NCBI RefSeq assembly: GCF_006345805.1
Contig: NW_021833963.1
Coordinates: 1 to 53,525 of the forward strand
Direction of reading: 5' to 3'
From: Octopus sinensis
Lineage: Eukaryota
Length of the DNA: 53,525 nt
The notes beneath the pieces were generated by a model. The model saw nothing but the letters and a program-made list of their open reading frames with translations. It did no database searches and was not told the origin of the DNA. The position numbers and the translations under genes are program-made. Positions within the stretch are counted from its first letter, which is position 1. Each line of letters starts with the position of its first letter. This document shows positions 53,472 to 53,525 of the stretch, piece after piece.

Positions 53472-53525
<54 letters not shown>

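Overview
AT-rich, repeat-dense animal non-coding DNA. The microsatellite load and the SINE/LINE content resemble an octopus genome, which is an inference. I found no intact host protein-coding gene; almost all predicted ORFs are microsatellite or SINE read-through. The window contains: (i) three abundant tRNA-headed SINE families, named here M (Meta-domain-like, often multimeric), C (CORE-like, with an internal microsatellite and a 3' tail shared with a CR1-group LINE) and R (one head, swappable bodies and tails); (ii) LINE relics: a 1.4-kb CR1/L2-group RT fragment, two 3' ends of a related LINE, and two R4/Dong endonuclease 3' ends next to (TAA)n; (iii) a ~555-bp non-coding element found only in (TAA)n; (iv) several TIR elements; (v) minimal hammerhead-ribozyme motifs of the Penelope/retrozyme type. 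The best candidate for an undescribed system is a tRNA-headed, hammerhead-bearing short retroposon. It can be reconstructed from two opposed pieces around the LINE at 37.5-39.3 kb. Coordinates were read by eye and element ends may be off by a few bases.
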